Positions 50,850 through 62,300 of a DNA stretch of 64,000 nt are shown here, in pieces. Under the pieces are notes generated by a model. The model ran no database searches and was not told the DNA's origin. It worked only from the letters and a program-made list of their open reading frames with translations. This stretch comes from Azolla caroliniana (Eukaryota > Plantae > Polypodiophyta), in contig JBHGNT010000005.1 of NCBI GenBank assembly GCA_043228905.1, positions 15,872,001-15,936,000 on the forward strand, written 5' to 3'. Positions within the stretch are counted from its first letter, which is position 1. Each line of letters opens with the position of its first letter. The position numbers and the translations under genes are program-made.

Positions 50850-51635
50850 AGATAGATAGAAAGATAGATAGATAGATAGATTCTATTAATGTCTTCGGAG
50901 GTCAAATATGAACTATGAGACTGATGATTTGACTCTCGATGTTCAAGAACTTTACCAATGAATGTTGCAATCAAGAGTGCACATTGTGTTTATGAGAGAA
51001 ATTCATGCAAGTATTGGGGTCAGTCGAAGATATGTTGAAAGCATGGTCAAATATGATCAAAGGTAGAGCATTGTATCAAAGTGTGATACTCAAGACTCTC
51101 GAACTTGTTTAGGGCAAAGTGTGGATAGCCGGCCACCCTCATCACTTATGCCCCAACGCCCCGTCTCACATCACAATGCATGTGAGCTTAGTCACATGGA
51201 AGCAATAGTTCGAATGATAGATAACGGGATGGGCTCTAACATGTATCAATGTGCATGGTTTCCATGTTCCGTGAAGAATATGGTTTTGTAGTTAGGTGCA
51301 ACATCTGTAGTATAATCTGTGAAGCATGAGCCTCCACATTTGTCAAATGTCATGATACATTGGCGTTGTAAAAATGCCTCATTTATAGAGGAATCTAGTG
51401 ATGCATCATGAAGCAAGTGTCTTGCATCCCATCTACCAAACCATTTTTCCATATCTTGCATCCCATCAGAACACAAAATTTTGGTTTTCTGCATCGTTTG
51501 GATATTTTTGCTTGCTTCCCATGCAATTCGAGGAAGTTGATGTGGAGGACTTTTTTGAACCTTAAGCATGTATTCAACAACCCTTTCCATGGCCATGATT
51601 GTTATGTACACATAACGTTGGTGAGGGTAGGTCAC
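50850..51635 (-). mobile_element. Degraded LINE 3' fragment (RTE-X-like) with a (CTAT)n-like tail
   Basis: ORF 51246..51635 (HQLPRIAWEASK...MEKWFGRW) matches the 37.1-37.4 kb fragment at the nucleotide level. (GATA)n at 50851-50880. Confidence 0.5.
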
Positions 51636-51669
51636 TAATATTTACATTAGTGAAGGGTGTGTTCACTAA

Positions 51670-54600
51670 TGTTAAAAGGTTGGCTAATGTGATTGGATAG
51701 AAGGAATGATAGGTGCATGCACTATCATGATTTGGGAAACCAATGAATGGAGACCCTTTTAGAAAGGCACATCTATTCAAGGGGCCTAGGAAAAGGTATA
51801 AATATGAGGCTTAGCTACCCTCATAAGCACATTACGTCGGAAGGCTGTTGTCTTAGCCACGAGTGGTGCGGGGTAGGCTTTCGTCTCGACGATCGTGTTT
51901 ATCTCTTCCAAGGTATTAGTCATCCTAATATCCGGCGGTATGGGACGTCGGTGGTAGGTTGGCTATGTCTAGCTCATAGCTCGGGGGTGGTTGGGTGGAA
52001 CGGGTTCTTCTATTCAATCCATTTTCCTTCTTTTACTTTACTTTGGTCTATTGATTAGTAATAGACTCTTAACAGTGGTATCATAGCATTTACTAACATT
52101 TTTTTTTTTGTTGTTTTGATGTTTTTTGCATGTGAACGAGGAGGATCTAACAAGGCTCGTCATGCTCTTCACAGGATCAAAACAACATTCTTAACCTGAT
52201 ATTCTTCTTTCTCGATCTCTCTCTACTTTTCTATGATGGGTTCTTCTTGGTCAAATCAAATTTGTATTATGTTTTATTTTCTTTCTTTCTACTTTCTACC
52301 ATGCTACGATTTTAATTATGATTGTGCATCAAGCCGAGCGTGTTTTCACTAATCGCACACGCTGTCGTGAAAATCTGTCACTATGTGCGGATTGTGAAGC
52401 GGAAACATCGGGGTTCTGAATTGGAAGGATTTGAAGTTTGTACTAGCTTTAGCGAGAAAGTATTTAAGATAGATTGAGAGAGATTGATATGGAGAAAGAG
52501 AGATTGAGATAAAGATTAAACGCTTAACTTTAGATTTGAGAGACAAGATACATTAACAATAGGATAACAAGTTTCTTATTTTTCCCCAAAATTTTCATTG
52601 TTTTTCTCTTGATTGATTCCTCCACTCTTTTATAGATGCCCCCATTCATATGGTGCATGTGAGGGTGCAAGACATGCACATAATGCATGAAATGCATGTT
52701 TGCCATGTCATCATCTAAACTCTCATGTATGAGAATTTACATATAAAATGATCAAAGTAAAACTTTTGAAGTTATGACTTGGCTTAGTGGTAAACCTATT
52801 GACTTTCAACTTGGAGGTGCAAGGTTCAAATTCTTAGTTGCACCCCCTTTGTATACAAATTTTCTTTTTACTAGGCTTTTTAGTCTTGTTTTTACAAATG
52901 TTTAAGTGCATATTACACATTCACTTGACCTCCAAAGAACTAGACGTTTTGTTCGTTTCACACCGGAAAACTTCAAGATATCGTGCGTCACGATAAATCT
53001 ACCTATCCGTTCCATCCGATCCGCATCCGTCCGGTCCGGTCCCATCCGGCCCGATCCGCATGCCATCTGGTTCCTTCTAGTCTGCAACCCGAGCCGGTTC
53101 CATCCAGTGTGCATACCGATCCGGTTTCGTAGTTGTCCGATCGCTATCCGGTTCTGGTTCCGGTCCCCATCCAGTTCCGGTTCCGTTGCCGTCCGATCAC
53201 CGGTTCCATCGCCTTCCGTCCGCCGGTCCGGTGCCATCCAAAACCAATGAACTCGGCTACATCCATTCGTCAAGTCATACAACTCAACCTTTCTATGCTC
53301 CAAACACATATATATATTATAAAGAGATATTGGTATGCTTATATAATCTGGGATCCTTATTTGTCCTGTCTATGTGGGATATCTCATAGTTTTATTTTTC
53401 TCTTCTTCTTCGCAATCTTCATACCCACATAACTTGACACTTAGTTGTTCATCGGGCCGAGCGTGTTTGCCCTAATCGCACACGCTCACCTCATGGCCCT
53501 TTTGCATATGATGTTGAGTATGCCACTCTTCCCTTTATTGAGCCATCACTTGGCCGATTCTATGGGATGTTGTGGTCTTAATGAGGTGTAGGTTGCCTAC
53601 CTATGCCACTCTACTCTCTATTGAGTCATCACTTGGCCGATTCTATAGGATGTTGTGGCCTTGAGGAGGTATATGTCGCTTACCTATGCCACTTTACTCT
53701 TTATTGAGCCATCACTTGACCGATTCTAGGGAGATGTGGTGGCCTTGAGGAGGTGCATGTCGACTACCTTAGGGTTTCATACCTTAAGGCATGCTTAATG
53801 TTCATACACCTAATTGATTATTAATCTAATTATTTTCTAATTACACAAATTGTCTTTTCACTTTTTGATGATTTTCTCATAATTGTCATTAAATATCCAC
53901 CCACAATTAACTCTCTTTCTTGCCATTAATTTAAGTTCATCTACATTTTTTACGTACGTTTAATGGTGTAACGATTCATGTAGACTAATTTTTAATATTG
54001 AGTGGGCATCATGCCACTTTTTGAACATTTTTTCCAAAGTGTTCTCTAGGTTTGACTCATGTAATCAAGGCTTAGAACTCGATTAAAAACACATGAGTTC
54101 CCCTCTTGATGTTTTACTCATAAATTTGAGTACTACATCTTTGCGTAGAACACCACCACCATTTGTATCAATTTGTGGCTTATGTCACAATTGTGCAAAT
54201 TACAACCACCATATTGGGATGTATATGTGCATACCTCACACCATCCATTTATTTGTGACATGTTTTTTAGTAGGTAGCACATGGGTTTTTTTTACCCTTG
54301 TTTTTGTCACTACTTGATTCTTATGGGTAGTGCCTTATTTTATCGTTTTTATCATAACGTTTTCTTGTTACTCACAAGACTAGAATATTACTTGCGAGTG
54401 CACTTGTTTTTTCACGTAATACAATTTCTCGACCATATCAATACATGTTGGGTTGACATTCTAATATAAGGCTAACTAGGAAACTACATTGATGTTAGAA
54501 CCATGGTTGAGCCTCGGGGAGCCGCCATGATTATTCAAGATAGAGATCCAAGAAAGACATCTTAGCTATGTTTCCCCCCCATGGTTCTTAAAACACCATA

Positions 54601-57600
54601 GTGTTACCATAGTTATCGGATCTCGAATCACATCTCATATGTCTAGAGGGGTAAAGACGTGAGATGCTTTCTTGGTAAAGTTCTTACAATCAAAATTTCA
54701 AACATTCATTTTGCTTGTGTATTTTCTGAACCTCATTTATATTGTATACCCACAACTTGCATCATGGAACCAGTTTTGAACGTTGTTAGAGCGATCTCTC
54801 CGACCGAGACCTCGCAACTCCAATCCGCATCTCGCACACAAGCTGACATCATTATTGAGCAATTGCTCACTACTACCTTGAATCAATTGGCCGAAATGAG
54901 GTAGGCCAATATGGCATTGGAAAAGAAATTCCAAGAATTGACTATTGAGTCCAAGAAAGAAGGTGAACCTTCTTTCGTAGTAACGCCATTCAAGGGAGAT
55001 AAGAAAGAAAGAACCAAGGAGGCCATTAACACTTGGCTTGGTCTTTGGGAGTCTCACTTTGAACTCCACCCCAAGTCCGATGCTGTAAAAATTGGTTATG
55101 TCGGTTCGTGAGTTAGGTGGCCGAGCTGCTGCTTGGTGGCGTGACCTAAGGACTACAAAGAACTTACCCACAAGTTGGGAAGGTTTCATTGATGTTTTTA
55201 AGAAACAATTTTGTAGCCACCTTCTCAAACTGAACAAGTTTAACACTTGCCCACGTTGTCGAGTAAGCCATTTACCTCTCTCGAGGATTATGTGCATCAT
55301 GCTCGAACCCAGATCCAAAAATCGGAGCTTACGAGTGAGAAATGGTTTGTTGCTTGCTTTTTGAATGGTATTCCCAATGGGGATTACCATTAGATTGTCC
55401 ATAACAAGAACCCCACAATTTTCGAGGAAGCCGTCAACATTAGACTTCAGTACCATATGACTTCCAAGAAAGACCACAATAAACCTGAGTTCGCCAAAAC
55501 TTCGAATGTCAAGTTCATTGGGAAACGTAAGCAATCCAGTGACACTCTTGACCGCAACTCCAAGAAATCAAACCTCTTTTGTGCATATTGCAAGAAGCGG
55601 GGCCACACAAGGATACTTGTCGTTGTCGTGAGAGGAAGTCAATGAACACCCCCCCTCAAAACAAATATACAAGTCACATAGGTGAGTCTTTTGATGTTGT
55701 TGAAGTTCATACCAACCACTTACGTTCATGTGAATGCACTTTTCTTTCACATTTACTTGGACCTAATGATTTACTCCGAGCAGTCGGGTATATCAATGGA
55801 ACACAAGCACATTTCTTGTTTGATTCCGGTAGTTCTCACAATTTTCTTAATGATCACTTTGTGCAGCAAATAGAACTCCACATAAACGCAAGTGATCATA
55901 TCTATCAAGTTTACATGGAAAATGGAAGCCTTCAATACATCAGTGGCATTGTTTGGCAACTGCCAATTCAAATAGATACCTATTTAGAGAAGCTAGACTT
56001 TCATGTTATGGAACTACAATCCGCAGGTGTCATTTTAGGATACTCTTGGTGTTTTAATAAACCCTTCTTTGTCCATTGATTGGGTTAATCACTCAATCAC
56101 ATTTGAACTTAATAATTGTAAACATTTTATTCAATGTTCCAAACTTCCTTCTCGTTCACTTGTGTCTTCTAAATCTTTAAGTGAGTATTCTAGTTCATTA
56201 ATTTATTTGTGTGTAATTGATCCTACGCTTCAATTTATTATTTTAATATTGATGCCACACAATTACCACATTATGAACAGTGATTACTAGACTCTATTTT
56301 AGACGATTTTCAAGACGTGTTTCCTAATGAATTGCCGTTTACTTTACCACCAAAACGTAATGTGGACCATCAAATTGAACTCATCCCCGATGCTGCGCTT
56401 GTGAGCATTCCACCTTACCGACTTAATCGATTAGAAGAGGATGAGATCGCTAAACAACTTTTAAGGAATACTTGAGTATGGGCCACATTAGGTATAGTAA
56501 ATCACCTTGGGGTGTGCTAGTTCTATTAGTTAAGAAGAAGGAAGGTTCATGGCGAATGTGTATCAATTATCGCCGTTTGAATAAAAGGACAATTAAAAAT
56601 TCATATCCGTTACCTCGTGCTGATGATTTGATTGATCGTTTGCATGAGACCCGATATTTTACGAAAATTGACTTCCGAATAGGTTATCATTAGTTTCGCA
56701 TTGCCAAGGATGATATTCCTAAAACCGCTTTTCGTACACGCTATGCCCATTATGAGTTTTTAGTCATGCCTTTCGGGTTGACTAATGCTCCAACCACATT
56801 CCAACAAGCAATGAATGACATTTTCCGAGATCAAGTTGGTGATTTTGTTGTCGTCTTCTTGGATGATATTTTGATACATAGCTGTACCTTGCAAGATCAT
56901 GTTCAACATGTTCGATTTGTTTTGCAAAAGTTGCATGGCAACTCTTTCTATGCAAAACATTCAAAATGTGATTTTTTCCAAAACTCTATTGTGTACCTAG
57001 GTCATTTAATTACGGAAAATGACGTTGAAATTGAACCTTCTCATATTGAACAACTTGACAAATCATTTGAGACACTCAAAGAGCATGTGTGTCAAGCTTC
57101 CATTCTTCTATTACCGGACCCTTCTAAGCCTTTCTCAATCGAATCCAATGCTAGTGATTATGCTATTCGTGCCGTTCTTTATCAAAGTGGTCACCCTATT
57201 GCTTTTGAAAGTAAGAAGCTTGATGCTGCTCAATCTCGGTATTCGGTTCAAGAGAAAGAGTTGTTTGCGGCAATACATGCACTTAAAACATGGAGACACT
57301 ATCTCTATGGAAATAAATTTGTGGTTACAACAAACCATCAATCATTGAAGTATTTTTGTGACCAGCCAGATCTTGTTGGTTGTAAAGGCCATTGGGATGA
57401 CCTTATGCAAGATTTTGATTTTTCCATACAGTATCGCAAGGGTTCTATGAACACCGTTGCAGATGCTCTTAGTTGCATTAAAGATGTTAACATGCTTAGC
57501 TTCATGGAAATAAAATATGATCTTTTAGATCACCTTTGAGGGAAATACCTTGACGACAGTTATTTCTCAAAATACTAGAGGAAAGCCGAATCTGGTTTAG

Positions 57601-57906
57601 ATGCCGTTTCTAGCACCCTATCCTCGAAGGTGACCTTTCACATTAAAAACAGTTTGCTCTACCGTAGTGGAAAGGTCCGTGTTCCAGATTTAGCAAATGT
57701 AAAACAGAAAATTCTTCATGAATGTCATGATGCACCATCTGCTGGTCATCTTGGAATACAACGCACACTCGTTGTCATCTCGAGTACTTTTTTCTAGCCT
57801 AAGATGTGCTCTAACGTGCATAAATATGTAACTCAATGCTTACAATGTCAGCTTAATAAGTCAGAACGACTTAACGTTGCTGGTCTTTTGCATTCCTTAG
57901 ATATTC
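51670..57906 (+). mobile_element. Degraded Ty3/gypsy element: 5' LTR 51670-52074, PBS, ~2.7-kb leader, gag-pol; truncated in integrase by a copia insertion
   Basis: TGTTAA...TTAACA followed by TGGTATCATAGC (Met-PBS variant) at 52076-52087. Gag from about 54764, knuckle CAYCKKRGH, protease [27 protein letters not shown]...FLDD, RNase H and integrase HECHD...GH...CLQC. Confidence 0.8.
53519..53765. repeat. Three tandem ~83-bp units in the gypsy leader
   Basis: TATGCCACT.T..TCT.TATTGAG.CATCACTTG.CCGATTCTA...GATGT.GTGG.CTT occurs three times. Confidence 0.75.
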
Positions 57907-59351
57907 TCGTAAAGAATCGATGGTGATTCTTGTGCAGCGGAATAGATGTGCGTTATGTGCGTATATGTGTGAGTGAAAAAAAGAGGAGAGAAAAGAGAAC
58001 TCAAGATAGATAAATGAGAGGAAAATAGAATACTCAAGAAGAAGGTGTATATTTCACAAGTAGAATAAGAATTACAAAATGTAGCACAACAAGGAGTCAC
58101 AATCGACTTAGTATGAAGTGTGAGGAGAGTGCTTTATATATAGTCACCCTCTCTCTTTATTAACTAACTACAACAACCACTCTCTCTCTTGGGGAATGTG
58201 AAGACTCATAGTCATGGGGAATATGTAACTCATTAGTATGTGCCATAGAATATGATTCTATGGCACATAGTTAATGTGTAGAGAGTAGTAGTATGACTCT
58301 TGACATTTGAGTAATCATAGATTCTCAAAAGGTGTGTTCACACTTTGCACTATCTCGATCTTGATTCTCAACACGCCCCCTCAAGCTCAACTTGGGTCGG
58401 TTCCTTTTGATTGATGTTCACTTTGGCTGGTATCCGGTTCGGACGATCTTAGGTGTCCGCTTCGGCTCGTACCCGGTTCAGACGGTATTTGGTGTCCGCT
58501 CGTACCCGGTTCAAACAGTATCCAGTGTCCGCTTCGGCTCGTACCTGGTTCAGATGGTATCTGGTTCTGACTTGTACTCCCCCTCAAGCTTGGCAAGTCA
58601 GGGATCGTCAATCCGAGATCTGACATGAATTGCCGAAGCTCGTCGTCTCTTAGGGCCTTGGTGAAGACGTCGACTATCTGAAGATTCGTGTTGATGTGTA
58701 GAAGATCGACATCTCCGGCCTGAACATGCTCTCGAATGAAGTGGTAGTGCACTTCGATATGCTCGAATCCTTGATGGGAATGCCCAGATCCTTCAAAATC
58801 CTCTTGAGCCATCTGACATCACATGCAAGCTACGGTTGCGCCCCTGTATTCTGCCTCTGTACTCGAAAGTGCGCTAGGCTACTTCTTACTACTCCAAGAT
58901 ATTGCTCCACTACCGAGCGAGAAGACAAATCCAGAGGTCGATCGTCGATCAGCTCAATAGCCGATCCAGTCAGCATCCGTGTACCCTTCGAGTCGAATTG
59001 GTGTGGCCGATGCGTAGAGGATGCCGTAATCCATTGTGCCGCTCACATATCATAATACTCCCTTAGTGCAATCGAAATGGATATCTCGCAGAGTTTGCAT
59101 GAATGCTAGATTTGAAGCCGGGTGGTTGTACCATGTACACCTCCTCTTCTAATTCTCTTTGAAGAAAGGCGTTCTTGACGTCCATTTGGTGGAGGTGCCA
59201 CCCTTTCGCTGCTGCGAGTGCAATCACGGTCCGCATAGTCATCATCTTTGCCAGTGTGGCAAATGTCTCTTCATAGTCGACTCCATGTGTCTGTGCGTAT
59301 CCTTTTGCTACGACTCGAGCTTTGTAGCGGTTTATGGAGCCGTCAACATTA
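57907..59351 (-). mobile_element. Degraded Ty1/copia element Y (RT/RNase H fragments, repeat tail, PPT, 3' LTR about 57907-58373)
   Basis: [24 protein letters not shown]...[10 protein letters not shown] and HIEVHYHFIRE...VFTKAL. PPT CTTGAGGGGGCG(-) then TGTTGAG at 58373. Confidence 0.8.
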
Positions 59352-62300
59352 TGTTGGTAGACAGGTCCCTCCGGATGGGAAGGGAGAAGAACAGTGCCGA
59401 CGAACAAACTCGGCCGAGGCCTGTTGGCCTCGGCCGAAACGGTATGAACCGAATGGGGAGAACCCGACTTCGGAGAGTCGGATGGTGTAGGCCCGGTATG
59501 AACCGGATGAGGAGTACCCGACTGCGGAGAGCCGGATGGAGCCCATCGAGGCTACATTTGTAAATAGACGAAAAGTCATATTAGTATAAATATGACTTAG
59601 GGCAAACTTTTAGTTTTTTTGGGTGTGTAGTTGTAGTTTGTGTGATTATTCTTCCTTGTTGGTGCAAGAAGAAATCAGAGCACGTAACTGTACAGAGAGA
59701 GAGAGAGAGAGAGAGATGAGGTCGTTGCCTCTGTTGTAACCGCCGCCTGTGGCGAAGATCTGAGAGCACGAGGTCGTTGCCTCAGTGATCTCACTGTTGT
59801 ATATTTCTACATAGCGACAGTTTGCAGCTTGTGGGCTGCCGTGGTTTTTCCCCTATTTTGGGGTTTTCCACATATACCTCCTGTGTACCATTTCTCCTCT
59901 TTTGTGTCGCGTTTCATTACCTGTTTTTCTGTGTATGTAACGAATCTCGGTTGTGGCCGAGCGTCGGACAAAAGGAACGTCAAGTTCTCAACAAGTGGTA
60001 TCAGAGCGAAATCGACACAGAAAATGGATGAATCGTTTGGCGGCATGTTCAAGCTCACCGGCTCCAACTATTCAGTGTGGAAGTCGAAGATGAGGGACAT
60101 GGTCGTGGTAAAAGACCTCTGGCTGCCGGTTCAGTTCGGGGACAAGAGACCGGACAAAATCGACGCCGCGATATGGGAGGTGATGCACATGAAGACAACG
60201 GCGTACATACGGTGCTTCATTGACATGAGCCTGTACAACAACTTCAATGAAGAGAGTAAGGCTCATGAGCTCTGGGAGAAGATCGGCACAATGTTCCAGA
60301 ACAAAAATGCTGTCAATCAGGCGTCGGTATTCTGGAAGCTTGTAAGACTCCGGTACCAAGATGGCTCCAGCATGGCGGAGCATATGAATGCCTTCCAGGG
60401 GCTGATTCACCAGGCAACGTCATTGGAAGTACCTCTTGCCGATGAGGTCCTAGCGCTACTCCTGCTCGGTTCCCTCCCGGATAGCTGGGAGACGTTGGTT
60501 GTTACTTTGGGCAACGCCGGGCCGGAAGGAAAACGGTTATCCCTAGCAAGAGTAAAGTCGAGCTTGCTAGATGAGGAGGCTCGTCGGAAAGACAAAGATA
60601 CGAGCTCCGACTCCAAAGCGCTCCTTACCGAATCGGAACGCGGAAGACATAGAAACCGTAGTCCCCAGAACTGGGAGAAGTCGGGGACACGATCAAAGTC
60701 AAGGGGGAGGCCTACTTGCTTCTATTGCGGCAAGCCGGGACACTTCCAAAAGAACTGTCGGCATTTCCGTAAAGACAAGGAAACCGACGGTACCGATTCG
60801 AAGCAAACCCCGAACCGGAACGGTACAGACCGGAACGGTAAAGACCGGAGGGGGCCGGACCGGAAGGGAACGACGGCAATTGCGGCAAGTGAAGAGGAGT
60901 TGATGCTCATCACCGAGGAGAGTGAGATAAACCATGCCGGCGATGAGATGACCTGGGTGGTAGACTCCGGAGCGTCATTCCACCTTACCCCGGACCAGAA
61001 ATGCTTCTCATCCTACTCAACCGGTGATCACGGCTGTGTCCGGATGGGGAATGAAGGAACATGCCGAATTGTCGGCATAGGAGACGTGTGGCTGACAACA
61101 CCAACCGGATGCAAACTGCTGTTGAAAGATGTCCGACACGTTCCGGAAGTTCTTCTGAACCTGATATCAGCCGGTCGGCTAGATGATGAAGGCTACACGG
61201 GTAGCATCCGGAACGGTGTCATGAAGTTCAGCAAAGGGAGCCTGATTGTGGCTCGGGCCCGGAAGGTAAACACACTGTACCTGATGAATACCCGGTTATG
61301 TCCGGAAGAAGTGAACGTGGCTTCCGACACTGCCGGTGAGCTGTGGCACAAGAGGCTATGTCACATGAGTGAGAAGGGGATGAAGAGGCTTGCAGACGAC
61401 AACCTCATCCCAGTGAAGAACGTGCATTTAGAGAAGTGCACTGATTGTCTGGCCGGTAAGCAGAACCGGACCTCCTTCCGACCAAGGCCACCGATGAGAC
61501 GTAATGCACCACTGGAGTTGGTGCATACGGATGTTTGTCAAGTAGACACGAAGTCACATGCCGGAGCGCAGTACTTCGTGACGTTCATAGATGACCACAG
61601 CCGGAAGCTGTGGGCCACACCGCTGAAGACAAAGGATCAGGTGTTATCCGTCTTCAAAGAGCTCCACGCGAGAGTGGAAAGAGAAACCGGCCAGAAGCTG
61701 AAGGCGGTTCGAGCAGATAACGGAGGTGAGTACCGGGGGCAGTTCGAGGAGTACTGCCGCTCGAAGGGAATCCGGCTCGAATTTACCGTGCCGAAGACGC
61801 CGGAACTAAACGGACTGGCCGAGAGGATGAACCGGACCATAATGGAGACGGTCCGGAGTATGCTAGCGCATGCAAAACTACCCAAGAAGTTTTGGGCTGA
61901 GGCACTGTCGACGACGACATATGTGATAAACAGATCACCCTCAGTACCCTTGGACGGAGACACGCCACAGAGAGTATGGACCGGTAAGGAAGTGTCCTAC
62001 CGGCATCTGAGGGTGTTCGGGTGTCTCGCGTACGTGCATGTAGCAAAGGACCGGAGAGGAAAGCTAGATCCAAAGACCCGGCCATGCATATTCCTCGGTT
62101 ACGGTGACGATGAGTTCGGCTACCAAGTGTGGGACCCGGTCGACAAGAAGGTATTCCGGAGTCGAGATATTATCTTCATGGAGGACAAGATGCTCGCCGA
62201 TTGGGAGTCGGAGAAGAAGATAATGAACTCCGAGTCGACTGGTAAGGATAGACTCTACAATGAGCAGACCCAACCGGCAAGAGACCGGTTAGCACTCGAG

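Noticed and set aside
52902-53309. Arg/Gly/Pro-rich ORFs on both strands
   Set aside because: Low-complexity CCGG-rich DNA in the gypsy leader with no recognisable domain.
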